A stretch of DNA of 64,000 nt, taken from positions 88,412,001 through 88,476,000 of the forward strand of contig OZ024746.1 of the NCBI GenBank assembly GCA_964016885.1. The letters run 5' to 3'. Each line of letters opens with the position of its first letter. Position 1 is the first letter of the stretch. The notes beneath the pieces are model-generated. The model saw only the letters and a program-made list of their open reading frames with translations. It was not told the DNA's origin and made no database searches. This document shows, one piece after another, positions 31,485 through 44,545 of the stretch. Position numbers and translations under genes: made by a program. The stretch comes from Eledone cirrhosa. Its lineage: Eukaryota.

Positions 31485-31588
31485 CCACACATACATACAC
31501 GCACACACACATATATATATATACATACACACATACAAACATACACACACAGACACATATATATACACACATACACACACATATATAT

Positions 31589-31623
<35 letters not shown>

Positions 31624-31648
31624 CACATACGCATACATCCAGATACCC

Positions 31649-31691
<43 letters not shown>

Positions 31692-31739
31692 CAATACATA
31701 CATCCACATGCACACACATACACACACACACACATATAC

Positions 31740-32738
31740 ATGATAAACAACATAGATAATAACATACAATTCACAATGGAATCCAATCCTAAGGAATTAG
31801 CCTTCTTGGATATTCTCATCTCTGTAATAGACGGGAAATTAGATACAGATATATTCTATAAACCCACAGATTCCAAGCAATACCTCTTTTTCACATCAAG
31901 TCACCCAAAACATACAAAACTTAACATTCCTTACAATTTGGCCAAACGTATATGTACCATAGTATCAGATCCACCTAAACGGGAGCAAAGACTAAAGGAA
32001 CTAAAAGACACCCTTATCTTAAGAGCCTTTCCACTTGAAATAATCAACAATGGAATAGACAGAGCAAAACACCTAAATCCCCATCAACTTAACAATCCAA
32101 AACAGAAAACCACACTCAACACCCTGCCATATGTATCCACTTTCAACCCCAGAAATACCGAAATGTTTGATCACCTACACAAAAACCTCCCCATCCTACT
32201 TAAAGATGTAAAAATGAAGTCTATTCTTGAAACACACAAGATCCTTAAAAGTAAAAGACAACCCAAATCACTTAAACGCATTCTCACTGGACCAAATATA
32301 CCCAAACCAATCCTCAACCCTACAGTTACCAAATGTGGTAGAACAAACTGTGGAACGTGCCTCTACCTCACTGAAGGACAAACATTTACATTCAAAGATG
32401 GCCAAACATTTACAGTAAAAAACAATTTCACCTGCAACTCGGAGAACTTGATTTACGCAATAACTTGCGGTGGGTGCAAACACAACTACATAGGACAGAC
32501 GGGCACCTCATTACGCAAAAGAATGACCATCCACCGCCAACAAATCCGGGACGCTAACACAAGAAAAATCCCCTTGAGCAGCCATATTGCGAACTGCGCA
32601 GGAATGACACTACCCAACTTTAAAATCTTCCCCTTCTACAAGTGCTCAGATTCGTTCACACAGCAACAAAGAATAAACAAAGAAAATCTATTCCTTAACA
32701 AATTTAAACCAAAACTAAACGGGTTATCACCCCAATAG
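31740..32738 (+). CDS. PLE polyprotein C-terminal half: RT motif 7/thumb, Cys-rich linker and GIY-YIG endonuclease (no YxDD centre)
   Basis: IQFTME..LAFLDI..TDIFYKPTDSKQYLFFTSSHPKHTKLNIPYNLAKRICTI (PLE RT C-terminus); CGRTNCGTC linker; NLIYAITCGGCKHNYIGQTG..RKRMTIH..SSH..KENLFLNKFKPKLN (GIY-YIG with CCHH). Uninterrupted 332 aa. Confidence 0.9.
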   Translation: MINNIDNNIQFTMESNPKELAFLDILISVIDGKLDTDIFYKPTDSKQYLFFTSSHPKHTKLNIPYNLAKRICTIVSDPPKREQRLKELKDTLILRAFPLEIINNGIDRAKHLNPHQLNNPKQKTTLNTLPYVSTFNPRNTEMFDHLHKNLPILLKDVKMKSILETHKILKSKRQPKSLKRILTGPNIPKPILNPTVTKCGRTNCGTCLYLTEGQTFTFKDGQTFTVKNNFTCNSENLIYAITCGGCKHNYIGQTGTSLRKRMTIHRQQIRDANTRKIPLSSHIANCAGMTLPNFKIFPFYKCSDSFTQQQRINKENLFLNKFKPKLNGLSPQ

Positions 32739-33269
32739 AATTGTCATAAAATATAAACACACATACGCACGGAATCACTACTATTAAAGACCAGAGACCA
32801 ATTCTGTAGAATCAGGTTTATTCATTGACAGACCATGCCTTTGTGTGACCAACACATCCATGTTAAACCCTGCACGTGCACACACATATATCTATATATA
32901 TATGCGCACACAGAATTCACCACTGTCGGTTGCGGGGCCCAATCTACATGAAGAACTCAATGTGATCAGAATGACTTGTATTTTAATTTCACTGCCCCAA
33001 CTTCTTATATTATGGAAAAAATATATGTGTCTGTATGTATATATATATATATATATTTGAAGGCCATTTCTCTGTGTGTGGGTGTATGTATGTGTATATG
33101 TGTGTGTGTGTGTATGTGTGTGCATGTGGATGTATGTATTGTGTGTGCGTGTGTGTGTGTGTGTGTGTGTATGTATGTGGGTATCTGGATGTATGCGTAT
33201 GTGTATATATATATGTGTGTGTGTGTGTGTGTATGTATGTGTGTATCTGGATGTATGTGTATGTATATA

Positions 33270-33326
<57 letters not shown>

Positions 33327-33782
33327 ATGTGTATATATGTGTGTGTGTGTATGTGTGTATGTATATGTATGTGTGTGTGTATGTATGTGTGTATATGTAT
33401 ATATATATATATATATATATGTATATGTATATGTATGTATGTGTGGATGAAGGTATGTGTGTATATATAGGTGTAAGTGCACTAAATCCCTTTCTATCAC
33501 GCTCCACTCTCCTACCCACCACAGGAAGATATGTGTATGTATATTGCTTCCACCCCCTCACTGACCAGCAGCTGGCCAGTTGGTGATTGCTAAATCTGAC
33601 CTTTATAAAATAACCCACACCCCAAATAACTTCTCATTCACTACCAGAAAGGGACACAGCAGTCAACCTGTTGTTGCTACCTAGATGAAAACTGCTATGA
33701 AATCCCACAATGAATTTTATACTTGAATTTTCAAGTCTCAAATTTTAACTCTTCGTATTATTAATTTTTCTTAATATTAATC

Positions 33783-33830
33783 AACATTTGAAAAGATGGC
33801 TTTTGCAGACCCATCGAAACCGGTCATTTT
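33783..33830 (+). ncRNA. Type I hammerhead ribozyme, U3-A8 variant, in Neptune pseudo-LTR
   Basis: aacat-TTGAAAA-gatgg-cttttgcagac-ccatc-GAAA-ccgg-TC-atttt. Palindromic stem III ACCGGT. Mirrored at 30821-30868. Confidence 0.7.
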
Positions 33831-33934
33831 TTATACCCTTTATTATTTCCTTACCTTATAAAATTATGTTTTTTCACAAAAAAGTATTCTGTCTCTTATA
33901 TATTCCATGTGCCATTACCAACCTCAATTTTCTC

Positions 33935-34022
<88 letters not shown>

Positions 34023-34045
34023 TACATATATACATATATATATAC

Positions 34046-34294
<249 letters not shown>

Positions 34295-34340
34295 TACATA
34301 TATATATACATATATACATATATATACATATCTATATATG

Positions 34341-34375
<35 letters not shown>

Positions 34376-35019
34376 ATGTGTGTGTGTGTGTTTGTAAATA
34401 CATTGTAGAGGGAAACATTGAGAAAGAGCGAGAGGGATAGGGAGAGAGGAATGGATTGCTGTATAATGCATAGTCGGAACGTTGGCAATACAAGGAGCTC
34501 TACACCCCAAATGTGACGAGGAGAGGTTGTATCGATCACGACATAGAGGAAGAATGTGTCTGATTAGCCATGAAATGACAGGTGAAGTTGCTGGAAAATA
34601 ATCTGCTGTTGGTGTTTTCGTTGTTTATTTTCTTGTTGGTGCATTTATTCGTGGGGGAATTTGTTTTAAAATTATTGTCACACTGTTGTTGTCTTTGTTC
34701 ACATTGTTTATGGTGGTGTTTGTTCTATCAATTTCTGTAACCCTCCTCTCAACTTTTACGCCGTTGTCACACGGCAGCAGACATATTGCTGTCGTGGGCT
34801 CAGCCATGTTTCTTTTTTAATTTTCAAATGTAAAATGTTCAAATATTTGGGTCAAAAGACCCCAATATTATACTTTTCCCTTCACAGGGCAAAGTCCAAG
34901 GGCTCATATCCCTTACACAACAAGAACAATTTAACAACAAATAATTATAACCGGTAAATAAAGCGACTTACTGGGAGCGAGCAAAAAGACGTCCGAACAG
35001 ACCAATAATAATAGTAATT

Positions 35020-35430
35020 AACAATTGTTTCTACTTTAGGCACAAGGCCAGCAATTACCCAGTGCATTACTGGTACTTTATTTTATCGACCCCGTAAGGA
35101 TGAAAGGCAAAGTCAACCTCGGCGGGATTTGAACTCGGATCGTAAAGGGACGTAACTATGCTGGAAAGCATGGCGTCCGACCCTCTACCGATACTACCAA
35201 TTCAAAAATAATAATAATAATTGTTTTTACTTTATGCACTACACCAGCTATTTGAATGGGAGAGGTACGTCGATTAAATCGACCCCAGTCCAGTATTGGT
35301 ACTTTATTTTATCGTACCCATAAGGATGACATGCAAAGCTAACCTCAGTGACATTTGTAGTCAGAACGTAAAATACCGTTACTCTATGCCACAATACGTT
35401 GTCCGACGCTCTACTTATAATGCCAATATA
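35020..35430 (-). mobile_element. Two adjacent tRNA-derived SINE copies (short subtype 35020-35205; long subtype ~35215-35430)
   Basis: Reverse-complement core tactggtactttattttatcgaccccgtaaggatgaaaggc and B box. Confidence 0.85.
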
Positions 35431-35951
35431 TTTTTGATAATCCTATATAAATATTGTCTCATGTACAAGCAAACTTAAATTCCTTCCAGTCAGTATATAA
35501 AATGTATCAGAACTATTAATATATACCGTAAAGAGACAAACAATTGTGATTAATTTAAATCTTCGTCGGTGATTCTACATCTAACACAGCCAATTTTCTT
35601 TGTCTCAAAATTCATGCTGAGACCAAACTAAACGTTTCCAATTACAATGTCTATGATTGTTATTATATTAACCGTTTACGTATTGACATGGAGCTTATTT
35701 CTATAAAGTTAAATGAAGACGTAGAGCACCATAGAGAAAACTATGCTGCATATACTTTTAACGCTTCACTCTCTGAGTTCAAATCCTATTGGACTATAAT
35801 TCTATTTACTGTTTATCCTTTAATACATAGTAACGACTTGGACACGTTGGAATTCCATGGGGTAGAACGTAAAGGGTGATAACTGTTTTGTCCTATATAT
35901 ATTTCATTACACTATCACTATGCCATTAATGATCATTATATATTATACCAA

Positions 35952-36165
35952 GGATTGGCAGTATCGGTAGACGGTCGGAAGCTATGCTACGTAGCATAGA
36001 GTTACGGCCTTTTTATGATCTGAGTTCAAATCCCGCCGAGGTTAACTTCGCCTTTCATCGTTACGGGGTCGATAAAATAAAGTACCAGTCATGCACTGGG
36101 GACGATTTAATGGACTTAGCCTTTCCTCCAAAAATTGCTGGTTTTGTGCCTATATAAGAAACCAT
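35952..36165 (+). mobile_element. tRNA-derived SINE (long subtype)
   Basis: A box tggcagtatcgg, B box gagttcaaatccc, core, ggggacgatttaatggac segment and tail. Confidence 0.85.
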
Positions 36166-36731
36166 ATATATTATACCAATATTTCAATACTCCTTAATGG
36201 ATTGTGTGCTTTCATTGCTTAATGGATTATGTGCTCCCATAGCCTTAGAAAGGTACTAGCTAACTTATTATCTATAGAGAGTATAACATTAATGTCCACT
36301 GGCTATGGTAAGTAAATATTTCATATATTAAATGTTTCAACCGAGGATTTATTAAATGTCATTCGATAAACCAAACTAACTGGTACCTGAGTTATTTGTA
36401 AACGGTTAAGTGTAGCAGATGACAGTTAACTGTACTAAAGCGCAGGCGTTAACATAGTTGACAATTGTATTAAAGACAACTACACCCAACACAGCCCATC
36501 ACATCCATTAGGAAATATCCCTACTCATGACGACACATTTTGTAATAGTCAGAATATCACATTTGTGCCACTATGGTACTACACATGATTCACATTGCTT
36601 GGTAAACTGTAGAGAGATGAGATATTTCATAAAAAGTTATGTCCGAAATGTGTGAGGTACACAAATGAGGGGGTTATTTACTTGATTGGTGATATTGCAA
36701 TCGTTCTATATTATTATCATAACTGTCTCAA

Positions 36732-36950
36732 GGGCGGTGGATTGGCAGTATCGGTAGAGCGTCAGGCACCATGATAGCAGCATAAAGTTATAGACCTTTA
36801 CATTCTGAGTTCAAATCCCGCCGGGGTTAACTTTGCCTTTCATCCTTATGGGGTTGATAAGATAAAGCACCAGTAACGTACTGGGGTCGATTTAATCGAG
36901 TGTCCCCTCCCAAAAAATTACTGGCATTGTGCCTATAGTAGAAATCATTA
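36732..36950 (+). mobile_element. tRNA-derived SINE (long subtype, full length)
   Basis: gggcggtggattggcagtatcggtagagc...gagttcaaatcccgcc...gcctttcatcc...ggggtcgatttaatcga...gtgcctatagtagaaatcatt. Confidence 0.9.
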
Positions 36951-37999
36951 TTATAAACGTCTCATAAACGTACTACGTACGTTTCCCATCAACAGTAAAG
37001 TAAAGTGCCTTCATGCTTTCTACCTCACACCCTTATTGCTCCATTCTTTCTCAGTCGTGCACAACCTACGTAGGTTCCACAGTTTTGTATACTTAGAACT
37101 AATATGAGTAAAATATTTTCGCAGTTCAAGTATGATAATTCGGTATCTACTATTCAACGATTCAGCGATCGAATTTTTGTTTTGTGTATGGACATAAAAA
37201 GATCATATATATTGTAGCACAACACATAATGTTGTATACTATCATCACCTGATTATGTAATTCAATTATGTAATATAAGTCATCATCTCCCTTAATGAAT
37301 ACCTTAATAAATCAAGCCTAAGTTGATTAATCCAATATTTATTATTCCATTTCCTTACAGTTCAGTTATTACTAGTGTCCACTGAACCAATTGAGGATAA
37401 CACGTTGTACAACACATACATGAAAACAAATCCAGACCTCACTCCTTCTGAATGGATCTCAATCCAAAATATTCCACTATATATTCTGCTTCAACTTTCC
37501 TTCCCAGAGCTAACATTCTTCCAGCAACGAAAGTTGGCGTAAGGCTGTGCGGAGATCAACAACAATGTCGATCTTAGCAATTTTGTAACACCTAAAAGTA
37601 AGCTGGCCAATGTCCATAATATAAGAGCTACCCCGATTGATGCTGACTTCCATCGTTTCAGAATCGATAAAATAATTGCTGGGTATATACAACGAAGAAT
37701 TATCTACATTGGAGTCGATTAATTTGCGGCATTATGCCAGTTTAATAAATCAATAGTATATAGACTGATGTTATATTTTTGTGTGTTTACAACATATGTT
37801 GTATACATGAAATGCTTAATTATCACTTCACACAGAGCAGACACTTCTGATTGAATACGAAGTATACTTTGTAATAGCTAAAACTTTTACACATAAACAT
37901 CTGACATATCACTAATTTCAAAGTTACGTTTTTATTGCGACGCATCAACAAACTGATATACGTATATGAGACAAGTAAATAAATATATACATGTATAGC

Positions 38000-38530
38000 G
38001 AAAGGAAGCCAACATTGTGGATAAGTTATATTAAACATGTGAAAAAGAAAATATAGGATGTGGTGACAAAAGGGAGAAATAGGAGGCATATCAGCAGCCA
38101 CTGCTTGCACGAAATGAATACAAGTGACGCCATGTTAACATCGGAGAAAATCATTCATTGGTAGTTATGTGGAAGCTACGACATCGGAAGTGCAGGCCAG
38201 TGGTATGAACAAAAACACAGAATGGGGTGTAGTAAATGACAACGTCAAGAATCTATGGGACTTTATGGTCCATTGTGACCATGAACTAGAACATCGCAAA
38301 CCAGATACTGTGGTGATGAACACTGCTAAAAATCAATATCTGATTATAGTTGCTGGCTGTCCCACTGACAAGAAGATGTGTGCCAAAGATTTGAAGAACG
38401 ATAACAGGAGCAGGTAAAGGGCTCACAATTGGCAAGGCCACTTGGAAATTTGAAATCCGGTACGAGATATTTAAAACCTTAAATAGTATTATCTGAATAA
38501 TTCGATGGTGCCGGTTGGCCAGGATTTCCG
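38000..38530 (+). mobile_element. R4/Dong-clade LINE remnant (restriction-like endonuclease domain)
   Basis: VVNDNVKNLWDFMVHCDHELEHRKPDTVVMNTAKNQYLIIVAGCPTD matches the ENxxxKILWDF.IQTD..HR+PDIVV...IID+A.P.D pattern. Confidence 0.75.
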
Positions 38531-38899
38531 GAAAGGCATCTAAGCTATGGCCATCGTGAGTGATTGTTCCAAATGCATAGGGATCTCCTTGTTAAGACTC
38601 CACTGTAACTTCTATGCTAAGTGTCTAGGAAACTGTTGTAGAAAGATTCTCCTGTTCAAGCTAGCTGAAGAAAAATACTTTTTTTCACCCCGGCCGCAGC
38701 CCCATCGACCAAATATTCATAATGTAGTAGGTCTTCAGGAATATGGGATTGATGATCAGCTTCTTGTTGACCTGATGTTTCGAACCGAATGCCAATCTAA
38801 GTGCTTTCGTATAGATTGGCCTAAATCGAAACCATTCATTATGGGTATATTATTTCCTGCACGGCTGCCTACTATCAACTCTCCTGTTCATTATTTTCA

Positions 38900-40900
38900 T
38901 AAGCAGGATTAACATAGAGGAGGGTTTGAAGTGGTATCGCGACTGGCATGAAGTAAAGTCAGTCGGCTGTAATTTGAAGAAGACATGTTATTTAACAGGA
39001 GAGATAATGTTGGGAAATATCTTATCAGCGAGGAGAAGTGTGTTCAGATAAAGAAGGAATGTTTACATACATATGTATCTGTAATTAACAAGCAAATGCT
39101 TAAGGCTGATTAAAGGATGAGTTAAAAGACCAGGCCCTGTTGAAGAAAATCGCAGGCCAAATTAAACGAAATTCCACTCCATAACATCTTGAAAACACAA
39201 TTCATTTATCTAAAGGAACGGTTCTGGTTAAAGAAATGGAGAATTAAGTAATGTAAAGCCAGAATTTTACTGGCTGCACTGGAGCAATGCCTTAGTACGA
39301 AGTAGAGGAAACATCATATTTTCAATGAGAATACAAAGACAAATTACCAAACCAAAGAAATGAAACAAATCTCCTTCATATATATTTGCAGAAAGCAAAT
39401 ATTGTACATTGGTATACATTATTTATTTAAGGAAAACACGAATATCTATGCGTGCAAACGAATAAAATAGAATAAAGAAATAATCCAAGATTTTCATATA
39501 ATATTAGAACACTCCATAGAAGAAAGCATGCAATTCTTGAAGATAATGATCGAGGGTAAAATCGCAACAAACAGAAAATAACGCTAGCTCAGCTAGAACG
39601 GAAATAAGTACCAGCATCATAATGCTAAATGAGGCATCCAATGTTGTCCCAAACTGCGTACTCCTCTACATCTACACAAACGGGAACAGAACATACTGCA
39701 AAATCATGATAATCAAAGATCAAAGATACGAAATTTGATAGAAAGTAACAGCTCTCTAAATCTCATAAGAAATAAATAATGCAATATGAAATAAATCGCA
39801 ATTTCAAAAAGTGCAGAAAATAAAATAAAAACAAATAATACAAAAGGAAATGGCTGAAACTAAGGTATGCCTAAAGCAAACATGCAGAAAGTCAGGCGAT
39901 ATGTTAAAAAGCAGCAATCTTCTTATTTACTAACTTTACGCCTAAGAACCAGCTAATGAAGAATAGTGTAAATAAATAAAATTTCCAGGGATTATGAACA
40001 GATCAAAACAATTGTTTTCTGTCTTTATAAGATGCCAATAAAATTCATAGCAGAATAAGAATATATGGATAAATATGTGGAAAGATAAGCCCAGTAAACA
40101 GCAACAGAAATTGAGAAAAGGGAAAAATCAAAATTAATAAAAATACCTAGAACGCTATTTTACCATAACGTGGTAAATTATAATTAGAGAAAGTGAAGAG
40201 GGAGTAATTTGACAAGCAAGATACACAAAGCTGGTAACGACGAAGTAGTGTAAAATCCGAGACTAGTATTTATAATTGCAGCGAATGAAGAAGCCTTCTC
40301 AGCAGAAACCAACCTAACTACAAGAGGAATCAGAACACAAAACGTAATTGCAGAACATGTAGTGGTGGTGAATAAATAATTACCCACATTGTTTATGACT
40401 GCTTACTTTTTTCCAAATCAGATATTATTGACATAATGAAGTTCAGATTTGAATTCCACTCACATATATGCAAATACTACGGAAAATGTTGCTTCAGATA
40501 TTCACCAGGTAAGGTTTCAGACAAAGACAAAACAGGCGTACTAAGGTATAGGAAAATACACACAAATAGATATAAAACCAACAGTTATGCAATCATCAAT
40601 ACATCGAATATTATTTCCGAGACCAAACCCCCAAAAAGAAAACTGTCATCGAGTTGAAGCATTAATTACCACAAACGACAAGGGGGAATCATATTGAACA
40701 ATTCCCGATAACTATAGATGCTCTGGGAATGACATAACACACACAAGGTATCATATAACAATGGCATTGCATACATAAAAATGTATTAACTAATCCCCGA
40801 TATGGAGTTTTGTACTAACATAATCAATATCCCTATTATTACATCCCAGGAATCTCATTACTTGGTATAGAAAATATATGTGAAAAACTTAAACAGTGCT
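38900..40900 (+). mobile_element. Highly decayed R4/Dong-like LINE pieces
   Basis: Scattered remnants: LKNGEL and ILLAALEQCLST (~39225-39300), SPG (~40500), PDNYR (~40705). A-rich sense strand. Confidence 0.35.
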
Positions 40901-42339
40901 AAATACATCCAGTTGTATCTGAGGTTTAAATTCTGTATAATAATTGTTTGTTAACAATAACGAAAACAACTATCAAATATTATTATTGATGATGTTTTCC
41001 TCCGTCAACATTTGCTTTGCTGTATCATTAATTTGTTTTAAGAATGTTTATTATTTTATGATTAGTTTTATTAAAGATATCTAATATCATTCTCAGAAAC
41101 GTAAGGGATATGTGAACTGCGGTTGATAATATATTCTAATACCAATGATTGTGAAAATCAATTAATATGAATGTCGATAGCATGGTCGTTAACACAACTT
41201 AATAATGATCACTTTCTGGTAATTTTATATGGAAACCCTATAATAAATTCTTATTGTTAAATGTCTTTGAATTGTTAAATCAAATATTTGTACATGCGTT
41301 CGTTACTGGGAAGTTTATAGCAAATTAAATTCAGTTAATTATATTGCTTCTAATTAGTTTATTAACGCGCGATGGATGAAAGATAAATACAATTCTAGTG
41401 CAATATGGACATGTTATATGAAACGAAAACTTAGCAAAGCTCTTTGAAAGCATTAATGAAATACTCTACTTCATTTATAAGAAGTTTTGATTGTCACTGG
41501 TTCTAATTCTGATCAAAGTTGCTTATATTGGGCTCGTGTTTTGCCCGGTATTTTATTACATTCACAACTGAGAGATCAAATGTAATTTTTTCCACGATGA
41601 GATTTGAACATAATACTTAGTTAAAATAAAAAAGAAATTACAGCAACGCACTCTGTACAATGCTTTACCGATTCCGTGTGCTAAATTAGAGATGCATAAC
41701 TTTGGAGTACTAAGGTTCTACGTCACCTCTTGTGATTTCATTGCAATTATCTTTATTGTTGGTATTGGTTTCTATAACGTTGAAGTAAGAGAATTGAATT
41801 ATGTCGAGGCAATGAATTACACTAATTTATTCGACATTTGTCATGGAACGATTTTTATGAAATTGTATGCACGACGTATTTCGTCGTTATGTAAAGAGTT
41901 CGTGTAAATCTATCACTATGTATGGTAGTATTTAGACAGACTGGAAGTGTTAATGGATTTCCGGTGTCTGAAGGGAAGATGTTATGAATTACAATATATT
42001 GTGAGGGAAGTATTTATGTCTTCCTGTAAAATAAAATGGCGTAAGATGAACCATTGTTTTAGACGAATACATTTAGAATGAGCATATACTTCACAATTTC
42101 CAAGTAGTATTCTTAAATACTTGCAGTAATTTATGCACATTGGCAAGATAAACGTACGTACAAATATATAAAAGAAGATACTGCACAGGAGGTTTGTTAT
42201 AGTTTGAATTAAAACATTGACTATAAACATAAATGGGGCTGAAACGCAGATACATATAATTTACGCTCTTCCATAACAATAATTGTCATATTCGCAAATG
42301 AGTGGGTCTATTCCTTATATATATATATATATATATATA

Positions 42340-42885
42340 GTGGTGGAACACTGGAAGGTAATATACGTAGTGGTAGAGCACTCAGTCAATGGGACGAGTT
42401 AGGTAGAAGTGGTTACACACCAGTTATTTCACCATACCGAGAACAATTATTTCACCTTAGCGGACCCTCAGCTCGTAATAGGCATGGTTATAGGAATAGA
42501 AAGGAGAACCGTACGAACGCGCATGCGCAGAAACCCGGTCACTCCACACAGGCAATACTAGAATGCGTGCGAGAGGTGTAAAGGAGATAACTGCGAAAGT
42601 CCGAAAAGTGTTTAGTTGATAAGAAAATGACAATGATTCAAGTTTGTAGTTATGCAATGTTGTTTGGAGACGTGTGGACAACGTGTGAACAATTCATTTC
42701 TCGTGTTTAGGCAATCACTATTGCATAATCTCTTTAGAATAGTTATTCGTTCGTCAATACATAAGACACACGTCGGATTTCTCCTGGCGTATGGCTTGGA
42801 CATAGTGATGGCTTTCCATAGAATGGAGTAGTCTATACTTGAGTCCTTGAGGGACCATACGTGGCTCGCGAGTTTCGTGGATTTA
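42340..42885 (-). mobile_element. Naiad-type PLE 3' end (endonuclease C-terminus plus pseudo-LTR with HHR)
   Basis: Minus strand STKLASHVWSLKDSSIDYSILWKAITMSKPY..TCVLCIDE..LNTRNELFTRCPH is the Naiad-like C-terminus. HHR 42435-42477: tacgag-CTGAGGG-tcc-gctaa-ggt-GAAA-taattg-TT-ctcggta. Both ends in (TA)n. Confidence 0.8.
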
Positions 42886-43603
42886 TATATATATATATAG
42901 TAATAATAATAAATGCGAAGGGTAAAAACAAAGAGGGCTCAATAAGGATAAATATATATCAAATATATAAGAACCCTAGAGCAAATATGTTTTAAAATAC
43001 AGATTAGAAGTTTAAGCAAAGAAACGTTTCTTTCACCCTTAACGGGATCTTCTGAAACTTAGAAGATGCGGTTAAGGGTGAAAACAGCGATTATTTGCTG
43101 AAACTTTAATTTCTTATTTTAATATATATAAATAACTTCAATAATTGTTTCTACTTTAGGCACAAGTCCAGCAATTACCCAGTCCATTACTGGTACTTTA
43201 TTTTATCGACCCCGTAAGCATGAAAGGCAAAGTCAACCTCGGCGTTATATATATATATATATAACTTCAATAAGGTTGGCCTATACTCCCTTACGGTAGT
43301 GTAGAAAATTGGGCTGAAAGGGTCAGCTTCTAGTAGATCTGATACACCCAAACGATGCGTCCTTTTTTTACTCTTCTTGTTAACCATAAAGCACGCATTA
43401 TTGATCCCATTAAAAGATGTAAGAAAACTTGAATTATTTTTTTCCTACATAGAGGAGTCTCCTAAGGGGGATATGAACTCAGACCTAATACTACCCTGAA
43501 ATATTAGAATATCCAAGCCACAACCTGCACGGCGAAACTACAGTTGGGATATTGAAGCCAATTGGGGATGTCTTTATCTTGCTTGCTTTTACCAAATTAT
43601 GAT

Positions 43604-43721
<118 letters not shown>

Positions 43722-43913
43722 GTATATATGTATATATATATATACATGTGTCTGTGTGTGTGTATATATATATATATAAAAACACACACATACACACACG
43801 TACCCATATATATGTATATATACGGTTTTGGATTTGTAACGTCAAGTTACATTCCATTCATTCGATATATAGTACCCATTATGTTCTTTGTACTACGCAA
43901 ATTGTAATCTTAA

Positions 43914-44545
43914 TTATAATAAAGAAAGGAGTACGGGACTGCATTCGGAATATATTTGTTTACCACATTTGTAAAATAAGTTGGATTACTTTAAATAAAT
44001 AATTGTTTCTACTTTTGGCACAAGGCCAGCAATTACCCAGTGCATTACTGGTACTTTATTTTATCGACCCCGTAAGAATGAAAGGCAAAGTTAACCTCGG
44101 CGGGATTTGAACTCAGATCATACAGGGAGGTAACTCTATGCTTCAAAGCATGGCATCCAACCCTGTAATTTCCATTCATTACTTTAAATAAATAATTTAT
44201 CTACTAAATTTCGTGACTGTTGATTAAACATATTTCATAGCTTATTTAAAGATTCTCTTTAAAATTGTCAAATATCAACACTTCCGCTTAGTAGCCGTTA
44301 TATTATAACACTTATAATCGCTTTATTTCCGTCGCTAATTTTCTCATAATGCAGTTTATATATAATATCGTCTTTTTTAAAATGTATCACGGGGTTACAT
44401 TACTGATTACAGAAGACAGTGTAACACAGTCTTCGTTCGATTTCTGTTTATATTGTCAATTATGATATTTGTGTAAAATATAATATGCTAGCAGAAAACC
44501 ACCGGAAGGTTGTTTTTTCTACTAGTATTAATAATTATGAAATAG
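43914..44545 (+). repeat. Dispersed ~450-bp duplication (second copy ~50173-50642); this copy is interrupted by a SINE
   Basis: Shared tataataaagaaaggagt.cgggac, atctactaaatttcgt, atgcagtttatatataatatcgtc and gctagcagaaaa.caccg blocks in the same order. Confidence 0.75.
44001..44178 (-). mobile_element. tRNA-derived SINE with target-site duplication
   Basis: SINE core flanked by attactttaaataaataatt at ~43985 and ~44178. Absent from the paralogous segment near 50235. Confidence 0.85.

Larger units (their letters stand above)
30681..33937 (+). mobile_element. Neptune-type Penelope-like retroelement, 5'-truncated, with inverted pseudo-LTR
   Basis: Arms 30713-31740 and 33093-33937 are reverse complements, nearly identical outside microsatellite length. 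They enclose an RT-thumb/GIY-YIG ORF. Each arm has an HHR (30821-30868 minus, 33783-33830 plus). (TA/TACA)n on both sides. Confidence 0.9.

Noticed and set aside
34560-34990. Short ATG ORF MAEPTTAICLLP.., faintly similar in composition to 13532-13714
   Set aside because: Low-complexity Asn/Thr-rich and interrupted by a stop. It may be a retroelement 5' end but cannot be supported.
36732-36830. tRNA gene
   Set aside because: The A and B boxes belong to a multi-copy SINE head, and there is no intact cloverleaf.
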